Source: Takakia lepidozioides
Lineage: Eukaryota > Plantae > Bryophyta
Reading direction: 5' to 3'
Assembly: GCA_030704615.1 (NCBI GenBank)
Contig: CM060731.1
Location: 72,168,001 to 72,232,000 of the forward strand
DNA length: 64,000 bases
Positions 44,721 to 58,062 of this stretch are shown here, in pieces. The translations under genes were made by a program, and so were the position numbers. Within the stretch, counting starts at the first letter, position 1; the number at the start of each line of letters is the position of its first letter. Below the pieces are notes generated by a model. The model ran no database searches. It saw nothing but the letters and a program-made list of their open reading frames with translations, and had not been told where the DNA came from.

Positions 44721-44772
44721 AAACCCTAAAACGAAAACCCTAAAGTAGGAGGGCGGGCTCTCTCTTTAGGGT
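44721..44772 (+). promoter_or_regulatory. Telo-boxes upstream of RPSA
   Basis: AAACCCTA at 44721-44728 and 44735-44742, and inverted TTTAGGGT at 44765-44772. Confidence 0.75.
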
Positions 44773-44850
44773 GGAGCAGACGGCCTGAATTTTTCTTTCG
44801 CGTGCTGCAGCCTTCGATACTACAGCACCGGTGGCAAGCAGGGCGCCACC

Positions 44851-47024
44851 ATGGCGCTCTCACAGAAGGAAGCTGATGTGCAGATGATGCTTGCCGCCGA
44901 TGTCCACCTCGGCACCAAGAACTGTGACTTTCAGATGGAGCGTTACGTGTGGAAGCGGCGCTCCGATGGTATATTTTCCCTATTTGAGTTTGGGAGTGAC
45001 TTTTATGTGGGCGGGTGTGAGAGGAAGAGGAAGAGAGATGTGTTGGAGTTTAGCTGACGGAAATAGCGGGTGGTTGTAAGCAGGGATCTTCATTATCAAT
45101 GTGGGGAAAACCTGGGACAAGCTGCGGCTCGCAGCCAGGGTGATAGTGGCTATTGAGAACCCACAAGACATTATTGTGCAGTCTGCGAGACCCTATGGAC
45201 AGCGTGCTGTCTTGAAGTTTGCGCAGTACACGGGCGCCCTGGCTATCGCAGGAAGGCATACCCCGGGTACCTTCACTAATCAACTTCAAAACACGTTCAA
45301 CGAGCCTCGTCTGTTGATCCTGACCGATCCCCGTACGGACCATCAGGTTGGAACTCTCGTATTCTTGCATGCAGTCTTTTGTCGTAGTTCACCATCTTCT
45401 TCTCCTCGTGTTACCTACAGTGAGGTTGCGATCTTCATCATTACCTCATATTGTATAAATTGTCGGTCGCCCTCAATGGTTGACGAAGAGTTCCTCGTGA
45501 ATGAAGAATCTCTGTAATTCGGGGAATGGGGGCTTGCTGAAGGTGGATCTGAATGGGGGTATTGTTTTTGGAGTAGGAAAGGGCCTGATGGTTTATACCT
45601 GATTTCTATGTTTGGGACAAGGATTGTCTGGGACTCTGTAAATGCCATGTCTGAGTATTTGTCAGCGTTAGTTACGTCTCCATGATGCAGAGTTTTGGTG
45701 GGGGTTGCACTGACGAATTAGTTTCTGACCGCCAAAAGTGATTGAAAATATAAAACAGACTAGAGGTGCGCGATGCAGCGATGTGACGTCTGTATTTTCT
45801 CTATGGTGAATGGCTTGCAGCCCATTAGAGAGGCGGCTCTTGGCAACATTCCAACAATTGCTTTTTGTGACACTGATTCACCCATGCGCCATGTGGACAT
45901 TGCAATTCCCGCCAACAACAAAGGGAAACACAGCATTGGGTGCCTCTTCTGGCTGCTGGGTCGCATGGTGCTTCAAATGCGGGGGACTGTCACTCCTTCT
46001 CAGCCCTGGGATGTTATGGTATGTTAAGAACTACTTTTTGTACGTCTGCCATGCACACTATTGTGTCCACAAGTCGACATATATGGAGGAATAGGTTAAC
46101 ACTACTCCATATCTGTCTTGTGTCTTCAGTAGTTTGGAGGCATTGTGGGCAATGGCGGTCTGTTCTAATGGCTTGGTCATAAGCCCTTAGTGGTTTGCAG
46201 AAGATGTGAGCCACGCATTCCAGTTGGCCCATTACGGCTTTTACCACACTGCTTTGGTGGAGTAGGTATCTTTACAATCACTTGACCTTGGTAGCAAATG
46301 TTTAGTCTAATCACCCTGGTTTTTCGCTTTAGTGGGAATTTGCCTTAAGGTAGGAGGATGCTTAGCCTTTGAGTTCCAGTGTGTAATTGAGTGTCTTCCA
46401 TGCTAGGAAGATTGGCTGGTATGTAAGTCGAGTTGGTATGTGCAGGTGGATCTCTTCTTCTTTAGGGAGCCTGATGAAACGAAAGCCCGTGATGATGAAG
46501 AGGGAGCTGCACCTGAGTTTGCAGCAGCAGAGTATGTGGCCCCTCCACTTCCTCTTGCTGCAGCTGATGGCCAGTGGGGCCCTGAGGCTGCTGATGCGGG
46601 TCAGTGGGAGTCTGATGCCACTGCTTTGGCACCCCCTGCTGTGGGAGTTCCAGAATGGACTTCTCAAGGTTTGTGTTGCTTTCTCTTACTTGTTCATTAT
46701 GGTCTCCAATGGTACTGGTGATTTGTGTATGTTGGGAAGGAAAGGCTTGTTGGAAGTCAGGTTTGTTTCGTTGTGCTTTACTGTAAGGACCGAGTGCCGT
46801 AACGAATAGACAGGGCATTTAAGATGTATGCCTGGAAAATTGGAGGTAGTGACTGATTTTTGGGTCAAAGTTTTGCAGTGCCTGTGTCAGGAGCTGGATG
46901 GGATTTGGCGTCAGCCCCAGCTGCATCAGCACCTGTTGGTTGGGAGACAGCTGCTCCTTTGGCACCATCGTGGGAAGCAGCTGCACCTGCAGCACCTACT
47001 GAATGGAATCCTGCTCCTCAGTAG
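44851..47024 (+). CDS. RPSA: 40S ribosomal protein SA (uS2/p40), 5 exons
   Basis: Motifs: [56 protein letters not shown] and [11 protein letters not shown], with an acidic W-repeat tail. The stop is at 47022-47024. Confidence 0.97.
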
Positions 47025-48773
47025 TTCTGGCATTCTACAGGACAGCAACCTGGTGACAAAAGATGTTATCGAGTTTCCATTCTTTTATCCACCAAAAATA
47101 AAGTTGAGTAAGAATGCCTGGATAAGGCCTTGTCAGAACTTCGTTCTGGATTTGCAAGTTGGGAATACTCATCACATTCTTGATTCTTGGTGGTCTGGAA
47201 TTATTTCATTCATTCTGCTTGTAATGTAACCCACACTGCAAGCTGTGTGGACCAGCTATCACAGCTTCCCAGCAGCTCCATAAGGGAACACATTCGCTGT
47301 GGTAGGGCTGTATTGGCTAATAACTTTACCAGAGAACCCTGACAGTCAACTGTCTGAGCACGTGGTCGGGGAGAGGCATTAATGGACACAGACAGGATGA
47401 TGAAGCAGGCCAGAGTGACCTGTAGGCGTCTCATGACATTTGGATGAAGACATGAACCCCTAACCTAGATTGATGACTGGGTGAAAAAACCCGGCATTTC
47501 TCGCTGACATCATCCTATCCAAGCTTTTATTGGTTTCGCCTAACCATTAAACGCCCGCAGGGTACTTCGACTTTTCACTAAAAAGTGACCCCCAGTCAGG
47601 GAAAATCACTGTAATTTCTGATTTTTTCACATTTGGGACATGAATGCCAATTTTCGGGCCAATCTGACCACATCCGCAAAAATGCCACCGTTGCAGGTGG
47701 GGCCTGATTTTGGGCCAAGTGCCAAATATTTTTCTATAAAATGGGGAAATTTGAAGACTTCAGTGAGGGGTTCAAAATCGTTGAGGCTTGTGGAGAAACC
47801 AATTGGCCAGAAATTCAGCCAAGGGAGATTGGTCAAAGGAGGGGGGGTACTTTGCTGGTCATGAAGCCCATGCACTTGGTATGACCTTCGGAGCTCCATC
47901 TTGTCACAGACCTCTGTGTGAGACTCACCCTAGGCCACCAGCCTCAATGTGCTTGCAACAAGCTGTACATGGGTGGGATTTGAACCCATGCTGCTGCCCC
48001 TCTGGCAGCTCATGTATGAACACAAGGAGGGAGAAACCCCCCACTTGTGTGCACCCCCCCTTGGTAAGGGAACTACACTACTCCTATGTAGTGTCTACTA
48101 TGCACTGAGTCACTACTTACACAGGGTAGAGGGCCTCCAGCATACGAGAATTCATAAACATATATCAGGTTTCTTGCTGCAACACCCTCACACTGTAACT
48201 TCTACTATTTACTGTACTGTGGCCAGCTCCTCTACAACTAAAAACTGTCACACTGTCACAATCGTACCAAAATGACTACTGCTGTTGCAGCCTGTTTGCT
48301 GAACTGGCAGCTGCAACAAAAGCACAAAACTTACAAATTCGACAATTGATGCAGCCCCTATGCTAAACTATGGGATGCACCGGAAAGACTTCACAACGAC
48401 CAAATCAGAAAGCACTTTCTGCCAACCCAAACTCTACGCTACTGAGCTGCTGGCATCACACCACTAAACAGGAAATCCAAGATTGATTCCCACACATTGA
48501 TTCCCCAATTGAAACAGAAGCATTAGGTGAAATTGAAAGCTCCTTAAACATTGGCATGGAAACGGACTCTCTATCCAAGCGACTCTCTATCCAACTCTAA
48601 TAGAACCTCTTCATAGCCAGACCAAACATGTAGGCACTCACACCCAAGCACATAATAGTATTGAAGCATGGACAGAGAATTACAATGACATATGAATGAT
48701 TAGAAGTTCCCACTCCCTTCGTACCAGGAGTGACCTCTCTGCAGCGGCAAACAGCCCCCCACAGTTAGAATTT

Positions 48774-50433
48774 TTAAGTCACATGCCCACTGTGATGCCT
48801 CACAAAACAGGCTCCCAAGCAGAGAGGCACATCTCCACACATGGAGCAAAAGTGCCTCTGCCGCCGACCACATGAGGCACATTTCCTCTTATTAAGGCTT
48901 CGGAGGGAGTAGTGCATGCCTCCCGGATTCGGTACAGCAGCCCCTAGCATTGCTGTTGTCGTAGGACCAACCCACCCTTCAACCAACCCATTAGTCATCT
49001 CCAAATTGAAAAGTAGATGTGAACGAGGTGTCCGTCCCCTTGATCTCATGAATTCCAGGTAAAGGATATATCCATTTACAAAACTTGCGTCAATAGAATG
49101 GAAGTACAGCCTGTACCACCATTTGTAGTCACGGGTCTATACACTACAATAACCCCACAATTGGTCCTACACATCCACTCATCTCTGTGCTCTTGGTAAT
49201 GTTTCAGGACAGGGGAGGTGGGCACAATCTGTGTAGCACCATTGTGCTAGCGCATCATGAAGCAAGATGTATCCATAGGGCTCACAACAGTAGAAAGTAA
49301 ATTCATAGGTTTCTGGTCATACCATGCCCCAACACACCTTTTCTCAGATATGTGCATCCTCCACAGCAGCTCCCTCTCTCACCACCTCTCCCTATTTCCA
49401 AACAGGAAGGGTATCCCAAACGGTTCGTGTTGACAGTGCCAATATTGGCATATATGCTCTCGGCAGCCAAGCCATGAAATAGAACTGGACTGCAAAAATA
49501 GTTATCCATAGTTACAATATGCCCATGACCTTTGAAACCAAAAAGAAGCCGAGTCACTACTGCATACCCCATGCCATGGGTCAGATCCACTTCATCATCC
49601 TTGCCCACGTACACTTCCATTTTCTGAACATACTTAGACTTTGCATTAGCCAAACACCAGAATTAATTCCCCACTTCATAGGTTTTTTGGGTAGATACCA
49701 TGGCATATGTATTTTGGCATACTTCCCTTTAAATTTGACCATCATCTCGTGCACGCAAAGGTATGTTCAAATTGACAGTAATGTAATTGACAGTAATGTG
49801 CATATGCGCGTAATGGGCACTGGAAGAATTCACGGTTTGCTTTCCAACAAAGCTTAGTATTAGGAAGTTTCTTCAGGCCCATAAGAATATGAACAGCCAC
49901 CAGGCCCTCAATTCCCTCACTGTCACACATACCAAGACCTCCCCCCATTGCGTCTTTCCTCCTGGTTCAAAGATTGAGCATACAGGTTTGTCATCATGTA
50001 AAACGCATAATGAGAATGTGCCAAAACAGTTTGAAAAAATCAATCGGCCTAGCATTTTCACCCAATCACAACCCCATACATCCACATAGGGGACGTTGAT
50101 AATGAGGCTCTTTCGGACATTGACAGATTAGCACATAGGACTCTCACGTTTGGCCCAAGATACCCAATTCTTCGAGCAATTGGCTATGCCCACGCACATC
50201 GCGATCTTCCACTTGGGGAAAATTGTAGAGAGCACATATTAGGCACATGAGAAGGAAGATCATGCCCAAAATCGAAATCAGGTGGGTTAGAAACTTTACC
50301 CACTTTACCCATCATGCATGCCATCGCCTTCAGCCTCGTCATCTTACTCTGCAGCAGGTTGCGACAACGAGTCACTATCTCTAATCAAGTCTGCTTCTAG
50401 ATATTTTAGGGGTGGTTCTTTTTGGGAGGCCAT
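48774..50433 (-). mobile_element. piggyBac-family transposase relic (decayed)
   Basis: Remnants: PIDFFKLFW, ILMGLKKLPN, V(H)EMMVKFKG (first Asp mutated), PKKPMKWG, HIVTMDNYF, GTVNTNR and DQL..KWWYRLYF..ID..VNGYILY. A C-terminal Cys-rich domain reads CASC..CSMC..LC..CF..HH. TIRs were not resolved. Confidence 0.88.
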
Positions 50434-53400
50434 GTGATACGAGCTTCATGGGTTAGGGTTGCGAGAGTGAGGAACAGAGGTGGAGGACAACCACCAGTTC
50501 AAGGAGGGTGTGGAAAGGTAAAACAGGGGGTAAAGAGCATATGTGTCTAGCCACTGTTGCTTCAAAAAAGCAGTGGGATCAACATTTTCGAAAGGTCATC
50601 CACCTCGACGGATACGACGATCAACATCATCTAGAGTTTGCAACGTGCCCACGAATCCCTGCAATGCTCATTCGGACCAGACAGTGGGCGGAGGGTCACA
50701 TTATCATATGTTGTCGTTAAGGCGTTGGTGGCGATAGTGGGGCAGGAAGTGCTTTGGGTAAATCCCCAATGATGCACAAGTAATTTGAGAACCGTGAGAA
50801 CGCCTTATCAGTACATTCTGTCTCCCTGCATATGTTATAACGCACCATTTGAATCTAAGGCCCCAAACATACCTATCCTGCTGATTTCCAAGAGTCATCA
50901 GTTAAAATTTCAGTCCATTGAAGGTGGGTTTTATGCACAGAGACTTTAGAGACTCATGCATGACTGCTACTGGCATCATGTAGCATGCTGAATGTCACAG
51001 AACCATCTGAATGGAAAAACCGTCTCTTGGTAGCCCCCTCATTTGTACAGATTGAGCCAATACTCTGGTGCAGCCTGCAGCGGACTGGTCAGAAGTAGTA
51101 TCATTAAGGAACCATTGCACAGGGATGCAAGCTTCCATAATTTGGCACTCAACTGATGAAGTCTGTAAGATTGGAGCTGAAAGTTGAGCGAAAAAGTGTG
51201 ATACGAAGTGACAAGAGGCCACTACAGCACAGGCTGCGACTGGAGGATTGTAACAGCATGATCAAAAAAAAATCTTGTCCCTCAAATCACACCACTTTTG
51301 AGTACTTTTAACTAGCCTGCCTATGGGAGATTTCCAAGTTGGCTCTCAAAATTCTAGTTATAAGGAGGTAACACACATCACTGATATTAGGAAACTACCA
51401 TTCATATGTGAGAGAGTGGTTGAACTGGAGGAATACCACTTCATGGATACAGCTTACTATGGTGAGTCTAGAAACAGCCACACAACCTTCAAAAAGCATA
51501 TTGGCCCCTTAACACAAACTGTAGGACTCCTTCAGGTTCAGATTCGCAGGTGCCTAGCAGCCACTGCATACAAAGACTAGGTGCAATACCGCAGACTACA
51601 GTAGACAAACGGGGGTGTGGAATTGGTGAATCACATATGTAAGTGAAGGACATAAAGTCACATGCTTACACTTAGTAAAACGAACTCCCCCAACCGTGGT
51701 CATACAGGGATCCTCTGCGGTGATTCTCATCTGCATTCAGCAAATTCTGGCAACCCCTTTAGCCCTGACACATTCAAATGATTCCTTGAAACATAGAGTG
51801 AATCCCAGGCTGAGACAGCAATGGGGTATAACAGCAATACTTTTCAGCAAGCTACTAGTATAAAGCATCTTAGAACATCTGAGAATGCAACTTTGTAGGA
51901 AATAAAAAACATGGAAAGAATGGACCACCTAGAAAGCGCTGCTTGGTTTAAGAAGCCATTGCATTGTGACTTATTACAGAAACCTCTTATTACATTACAT
52001 TCTAATCAATTCATACACTATTTAAGGTTCAGTCAAATTTAAAAGCTTAAGCAGCTGACTAGCTGTATACCCAAAGATGCCCTCTAGCCAATGCCTAGTC
52101 ATGCTGGCAAGAACCTTGCTATTAATCAGGAAAAATTCCAATATAAACAAACTAATGTGTGTGTTGTGCTGGCTGGGCTGTCAAAGTGACCACCTACGCT
52201 TTTGCTTTCTGAAACTCCAAGCTTGTACGTACCTTGTCATCGAGGCCAGCGAACTTTTCCTTCCCACAACCTCTCAAACCACAATGGCAGTGTCAGTTGA
52301 ATAAACCATCATTCTTGATGCTACTCAAGGTTAGTTGAAAGTGCAGGCTGGTGCCTGTACTACACTCCTCTCGACTCGCCCTTCACCCTTCAAGCTTTCT
52401 GGTCCTTTCTACACTAGTATAGACAACAAGCAAATTGTTGTCAGAAGGCTCAGAATAAACCCTAGATGTCAAGGACAAGCCCACATTTAAGCTGTAAAAT
52501 GGAGATGAAAATGGTCATCTTTTGAAGAATTAATGGTCAAAGTCTTCCACTTACAAATGGTTGGAAAAAGGAGCCACCCTACACCTAAGGAGCCAAAGAC
52601 TCTTGTATGGGGCCATGGTCTTTATCAGAGGTCGTGGTTGTCTTCGTCGGTAGTGCCATCACGGGGTGACCTGCTTCCCTTTTCGACGATGGTCTAGGCG
52701 ACAAATTCGAATAAGTGGCCTCGACAAAAAAAGAGATGGAACACCATCCCTTTGTTTGTGGGGCTACTTGTGCGAAGTTGTTACCTACTCTAGCCATGTC
52801 TTGACCCTCCCCAATCCAAGAAACCTTTGCCCAAGCTCCTGTCTAACCGGAAACCATGTATGGACCATTCCATGGCGCCCTTCCACAGCTAAAGACCATG
52901 GCCCCAGACAATAGTCTTTGGCTCTTCACAGTTTCGCTCATCCTGGAAATCTGCACCCTTCTTCCTCGCATGCTGTATTGCAAGTGCACCATTCTGTTCA
53001 CCTCCATGAATACTCTCTTCCTTGACAAACGAATCCTCGGCACTCCACGCATCAAGAACCACACAATTGTAACTATACAGGATGTTCCCCGGATCCGGTC
53101 CCTGCCATTAAAGACACCACATGTGTCACCACTACAAAACTCCGTCCCAGACATCAATTGAAGGTCTTCTCACCGCAGGATTCAAGAGCTCCACTTCACC
53201 CGCCAAAACTGAATAGGCATACCTTCGTCTCACCAGAGAGAGCATAACGGAAGCTTCACTTTACAAGTACCTAACTGCAACACGCTGACAGCAAGGTTTA
53301 CGCCTTGTCACCTTTTCACGTTTTTCTGTCATCATCTTTTGCCGCCAAGAATGCTTCAGGACACCCTTTTGAAAGAGGTGGTATTTCGTCTCCTCCGTCT

Positions 53401-53943
53401 ACCAAATATCTACACATTTGAAGAGTTTTTGGTAACAAAACAGAAAAACTTAAAAAAAGAAGAAAAGAAGGGGACAGCTTGTCACGGCCCTCATTGAAGA
53501 AAAAAATTCAAGTTGTTTTCTCTTTGACAGTTTTTTTTTAAAAATTAAATTGAAGATAAAAAATATTAAAAAACAAATTGAAGATCATCCCCTTCCCCCA
53601 AAGAAGAGAAAAAATTGAAGTAAACTAAAAGAGAAAGTAACCCTGCAAGAGACTCACAGCCCTAAAGGCATACAAACAAAAAGAAGTCCCCGGGCCGGAT
53701 CCACAACTGGACTAGGTACATACCAACAGAAGACTGTCTGGACAGACTTGAGCTACATAGCATAATATTTGCGGATGCAACATCCTCATCGGTTTTGTTA
53801 GCATTTATCTGTTCATGTTGCGCATTCACTACTTCTTTATTGATGTGCAAACCACCATCAAGACTACTACATTACCTCTGTGTGGTGAGGTGGGCGGCAT
53901 TGAAGGAGCCTTCCCCTTCCACCCATCAACTTACACAAAACGG

Positions 53944-53985
53944 TTAGAGAGAAGACTCCGGCCAAATCCAGTGTAACTTAGAGCC
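53944..53985 (-). mobile_element. Isolated 3' UTR fragment of the Dualen-like family
   Basis: TTAGAGAGAAGACTCCGGC...GTAACT.AGAGCC matches positions 29-70. Confidence 0.7.
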
Positions 53986-54030
53986 AAAACTTTTAGCTTG
54001 CATTTTGATTCTTGCAATGAAATCTAGTTC

Positions 54031-54194
54031 ACGCCCACCCATCAACCTCAGCACCACCCATATAAAATGACTCGAACCAATGGGTTCGTTTCATCGTGGA
54101 ATTGAAGCCACCATTTAACTTGAGTATTGATTCGCGAGGTTCCCCATCCTGCCCGCCCATCAACCTCAGCAAGCACCACCTATACAAATTGACT
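54031..54194 (+). repeat. Imperfect direct repeat of about 42 bp
   Basis: GCCC.CCCATCAACCTCAGCA..CCACC.ATA.AAAT.GACT occurs near 54034 and 54151. Confidence 0.7.
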
Positions 54195-55204
54195 GACACC
54201 CCCCCCCCCCAATTGCGTAAGGTGATTGATTCGCAGCGTGCAGTCCTGCGTTTGACCCAACTCGAGAATCTTGTGTGTGAAGAACAACACAAGAATCAAC
54301 GCCTCAAGACTTTGCGAGAATGGTGGGATTGGATGGGGCGTCGATGAAATGGAGAATCGGAAGAGAAGGAGAAAAGTGGCGATAAAAAGGTGCGGGGGGG
54401 GGCCACGTAGGACAAGAGTAGCGACAAGAGGAAAGGACGCGCAGGGAGGCTGGTTGGATGTAAGTTAAAAAGGCGTGAAGAGCGCGGGGCAACGCGCAGC
54501 AGTAACGAAGCAGGCGGATAACTTAAGGAAGGGCGAGGCGGGGTTGGCAGTAAGGAAGGTGGGGGGCAGCCTGCTTGTGCGGGGCAACAGTTCTGCGCGA
54601 AAAGGAGAGGGCGCACGTCAGAAGTGGGGATTCACGTGGCATTGGGGTGGAGTGGCAGGGAGGGTACATGGAAGAAAGGAGGAAAGAAAGTGGGGGTGAA
54701 GAGTCAAGACGTCAAGACTGAGGAAGGGGTGAGATGAGGGGGCAATTATAGAAGGGGAGAGGAAGGGGGACCGAGTAAAGAAGGTTGAGCGGTGAAGAGG
54801 GATAGAGCGTACACAGACAAGCACTGCACACACTAAAGATAAGTAGGTATAAGGGGGATGCCTGCACACGGACGGCCGCACGCCTCTAGTAAGTAAGTAT
54901 GCTAGGTGCAGGGCGGGGCAGGGGCTTGTTGACTGCTCCGGGCCTGCTCCAACACTAGTGAGTGAGTGAGCCCTAGTCCACGCGGCAGCTATCGACTACC
55001 GCGCTTAGCTACCGTCTTTAGCGATGCCTTCTGTGCATCGACGCCTGGGATTCCTTGAGTGTGCTTACTCTGTCGTGCTCTGTGCCTCCTTGTCACTAGA
55101 TGCCCGCTTTCGTCCTCCACGGAAGCCGCCATAGCCAGCATAGCCAGGATTTGTAGACGGCGGAGCGAGCAGCGAAACCGAAGGATTTCGGAGCTTGCCT
55201 GCTG

Positions 55205-55770
55205 TCGTATCTTTCAGGCAAGTGTGTATCCGATTGGGAAGACTATTGTGCAAGTTATGTCGTGCGAGAGGAGAGACTTTTGTTTGGTTGTCAGGTCTAC
55301 GTCTGTTGGAAGACTCTTGTGCGAGTCGTTTGCGTGATTTCGGAGATGCTTGTGTAGGTTGTCCGTTACGGGTCCGTTTGTCGTTGCTGTACCCTGCTCT
55401 TCAGGCGAGGTTTGTATGTCCTGATTCTCAAGTCTCTTGATAAGTTATGTGCGTGATCTCGGAAAGGCTTGCGTAGGTTGACCGGTGCGGTGTGTTTGTC
55501 CCCGCTGCCGGAAGAGGTTTGTATGTATGTTGACTGTTTCTCTTAGAGACGTGAGAAGTCTGTCTGGTACACTATCCGCTCTCCGGGCAAGGGTTGTACG
55601 CGTGATTCTGAAGACTCGCTAGTTATGTGCACGATCTCTTCGAGACTTGTGTAGGTTGTCTGGATCTGTGTTTGTCATCGTTGCTACAGCCCCGCCTTCG
55701 AGGCAAGGTTTGTATACCCGGATCCGAACTTGTGTGTGTTAGATGTCGGAGAGACTTGTGTTGGTTGTGT
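55205..55770 (+). repeat. Degenerate tandem repeat (unit about 120 bp, 3-4 copies) upstream of the homeobox ATG
   Basis: AGTTATGTGC.GATCTC..CTTGTGTAGGTTG..GTTTGTC..GGCAAGGTTTGTAT..TGATTCT.AAG.CTC recurs. Confidence 0.7.
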
Positions 55771-56320
55771 GATACTCAGCGTGTTTGTCACCTTACACAC
55801 ACGACAGGAAAGCATGGGCTTTTGAGGTTCTTGTTTAGAAGGCTATACAGGGAGAAGGATCGGGGAGGATTCTGCTATAGAGCCATCGCGGTCCTCTAGG
55901 ATCGCCATGTTTTAATGTGCCTTGGTGGCTCGACAATCCTTATCTGTTGAAAATCTCCTAGATGCGTGATCTTGTTCCAGGAAGTCGTTGTTAGATCCTT
56001 TTGTGGACTATATCAGATCACTTGCCCTTCTGCAGAATGACCTTCTACAGACAGCACCTATCTCGTCATGGTGATAATGGGAAGATTCGAATGTTAATAC
56101 ACCTGCAATTGCGAAGGAGTGTTTCACATGCTGGCTTACTCAAATTGTTCTTTGGTATTGGACATCTCATCCCAAACTCATCTTAGGCCCTGCTTTTCTG
56201 TCTAGTGTTGTATGTAGAAGAATGGCATACATACCAGTGCTGAGCTTTGAGTTTAATGTTGCTGGACTCGCAGGTACAGATTCGCATAGAGTTCTCCTTA
56301 ACCTGGTACAAACTCTAGCA

Positions 56321-58062
56321 ATGGGATCTGATGGCTCGATGGAACTGGTTCCACAAGAAAGGCAGAAAGCAGCCTCTAGGAGGAAGAAAAGCGCCACACA
56401 AGTTGAAGTTTTGGAGAGGCTCTATGCTGGTAATTCCTCTGCAGTGCCTTTTTTTGGGGTGGGGGAGGGGGTGTCTGTGGTGTGGATGGTTGTGGTATCC
56501 CTCCAATTCCTTGATCCTGGACAGCCAACATGAATCATTTATGTTTGCCTACACCAGAAATGATTCAATGTCCACATTTTTCCAGTTCACAGCAAAGGGA
56601 AATTTGTTGTATGAACGTTTAGTGTGTTGCTATACCTTACAATTATTTGCTGTAACACCTTCCAAATGTTAAGTGGTTCTCGAACTGTATGGTCCACAGA
56701 GGCGAGGTATCCTCCAGAGGAAGCACGAATAGCAATAAGCCAGGCACTTGGATTGTCAGAGAAGCAGCTTCAAGTTTGGTTCACACACAGACGGTACAAG
56801 GACAGGCGCGATGGTATAGAGGATGTGCAACTGACAACGCATCAGAATCGTGACAAAGTTGACGTGCTAAGTGATGAACCCCAGGGTGGCAAGAAAGGGG
56901 CAATTGATTTGAACAGCACAGATGATGTGTCCGAAGATGGGTATCCTGCTACAGTTGTTACTGAGGAGCGCAATGATAAGGCCCTGCTGGAGAACAAAAA
57001 TGGCATGAAAGTTAATAATTGTCGGTCTGAAGAAAAGGAGAATGCAAAGAAGGCTGCCAAGAGAAAAGCTCTTGCAAACTCAAAGGAATCAAAGAAGGCA
57101 CAGCAAAAACCAGCAGTTTCTAAGCCAAAAGTGCCCTCCAGGGCAGAGATTGAGATGGCTGCGATTATTGCTGTCGAGGCCCAGTTATGTGGACCATTGC
57201 GAGAAGATGGCCCTCCTCTTGGTCTCGAGTTTGATGTGTTACCCCCTGATGCCTTCCAACATTTAGATATCACAGAAGGTGAACCAAAATTTCATTCTCC
57301 CTTATTTTGAGTGGACCTTTTGCATCTTCTTCCAGACAATTGTCTCACAGCTTTCGAGCAGAGATATGCTGCTGTTTGGCATCTGAAGGCTGTCAATACA
57401 ACCACTGAGGGTCATCTACAGAGTCTCGGGCTGGATACGCATAGCTGATAGTAGTTATCTGGAGAGGACCTGAGCATGGTAGCATTAACAAGTACCTACT
57501 TATGTGTTAGATTGAAAATGATGTATAGATTGCTCAGTATTCATGAACTTTTTGTTTGAGCATTTGAATGACACTTTTTCCAGGGAAAGCGGGTCTTTTG
57601 GTGGCTTCCTTATATCTGTATAGCTTTTAATGGCAGCTCTTGGAAACATGCAACTTCCAGGATTAATTTGTGAGAGGTTTCGTTGTATCATCAAGTTTGC
57701 TAACAATTTCCTGTGCCCTCCACAAGTGTGTTTGTGTTCGCCTATGACAGTTGTAAGTTGTGAATTGGCAGGTTTTGGCAATGAAGGTGGAATGATAAAT
57801 TTTGTTGAGAAAACTGAACCCAAGGGCAAGTGGGGAAAGGACCTGCCAGAGAAGAAGAAAAGAAAGGTAGCTGGCTACCATATCATCTATTGTTTTGTTG
57901 GAGAGAAAGTTTGTCTCTTGAGATGGTTCTTGTTTTGAATATGGGTTTTGAATCGCAATATTTATGGTTAACTTTGCCAAACCTTTGAGGTAACTCATAT
58001 TTTGCTTGTCCTGGCTGCAGGGTGGAACACTCAAATCGACCAAGGGAGAAGATGGGTGCTAA
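56321..58062 (+). CDS. Short homeodomain protein related to the N-terminus of RINGLET/homeobox-DDT proteins, 4 exons, 274 aa
   Basis: Exons 56321-56429, 56700-57278, 57772-57866 and 58021-58062 total 825 nt in frame. Motifs are QVEVLERLYAEARYP..LGLSEKQLQVWFTHRRYKDR and VEAQL.GPLREDGPPLGLEFDVLPPDAF. The last two exons are less certain. Confidence 0.82.

Noticed and set aside
45680-45730. C/D box snoRNA in RPSA intron 2
   Set aside because: The C box is imperfect (ATGATGC), there is no terminal stem and I could not recognise an rRNA-complementary guide.
47968-48030. tRNA gene or SINE (B-box GGTTCAAATCCC on minus strand)
   Set aside because: No convincing A-box or cloverleaf.
52380-53350. LTR retrotransposon or gene remnant (ORFs 52585-53161)
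   Set aside because: No recognisable domain motif in any frame.
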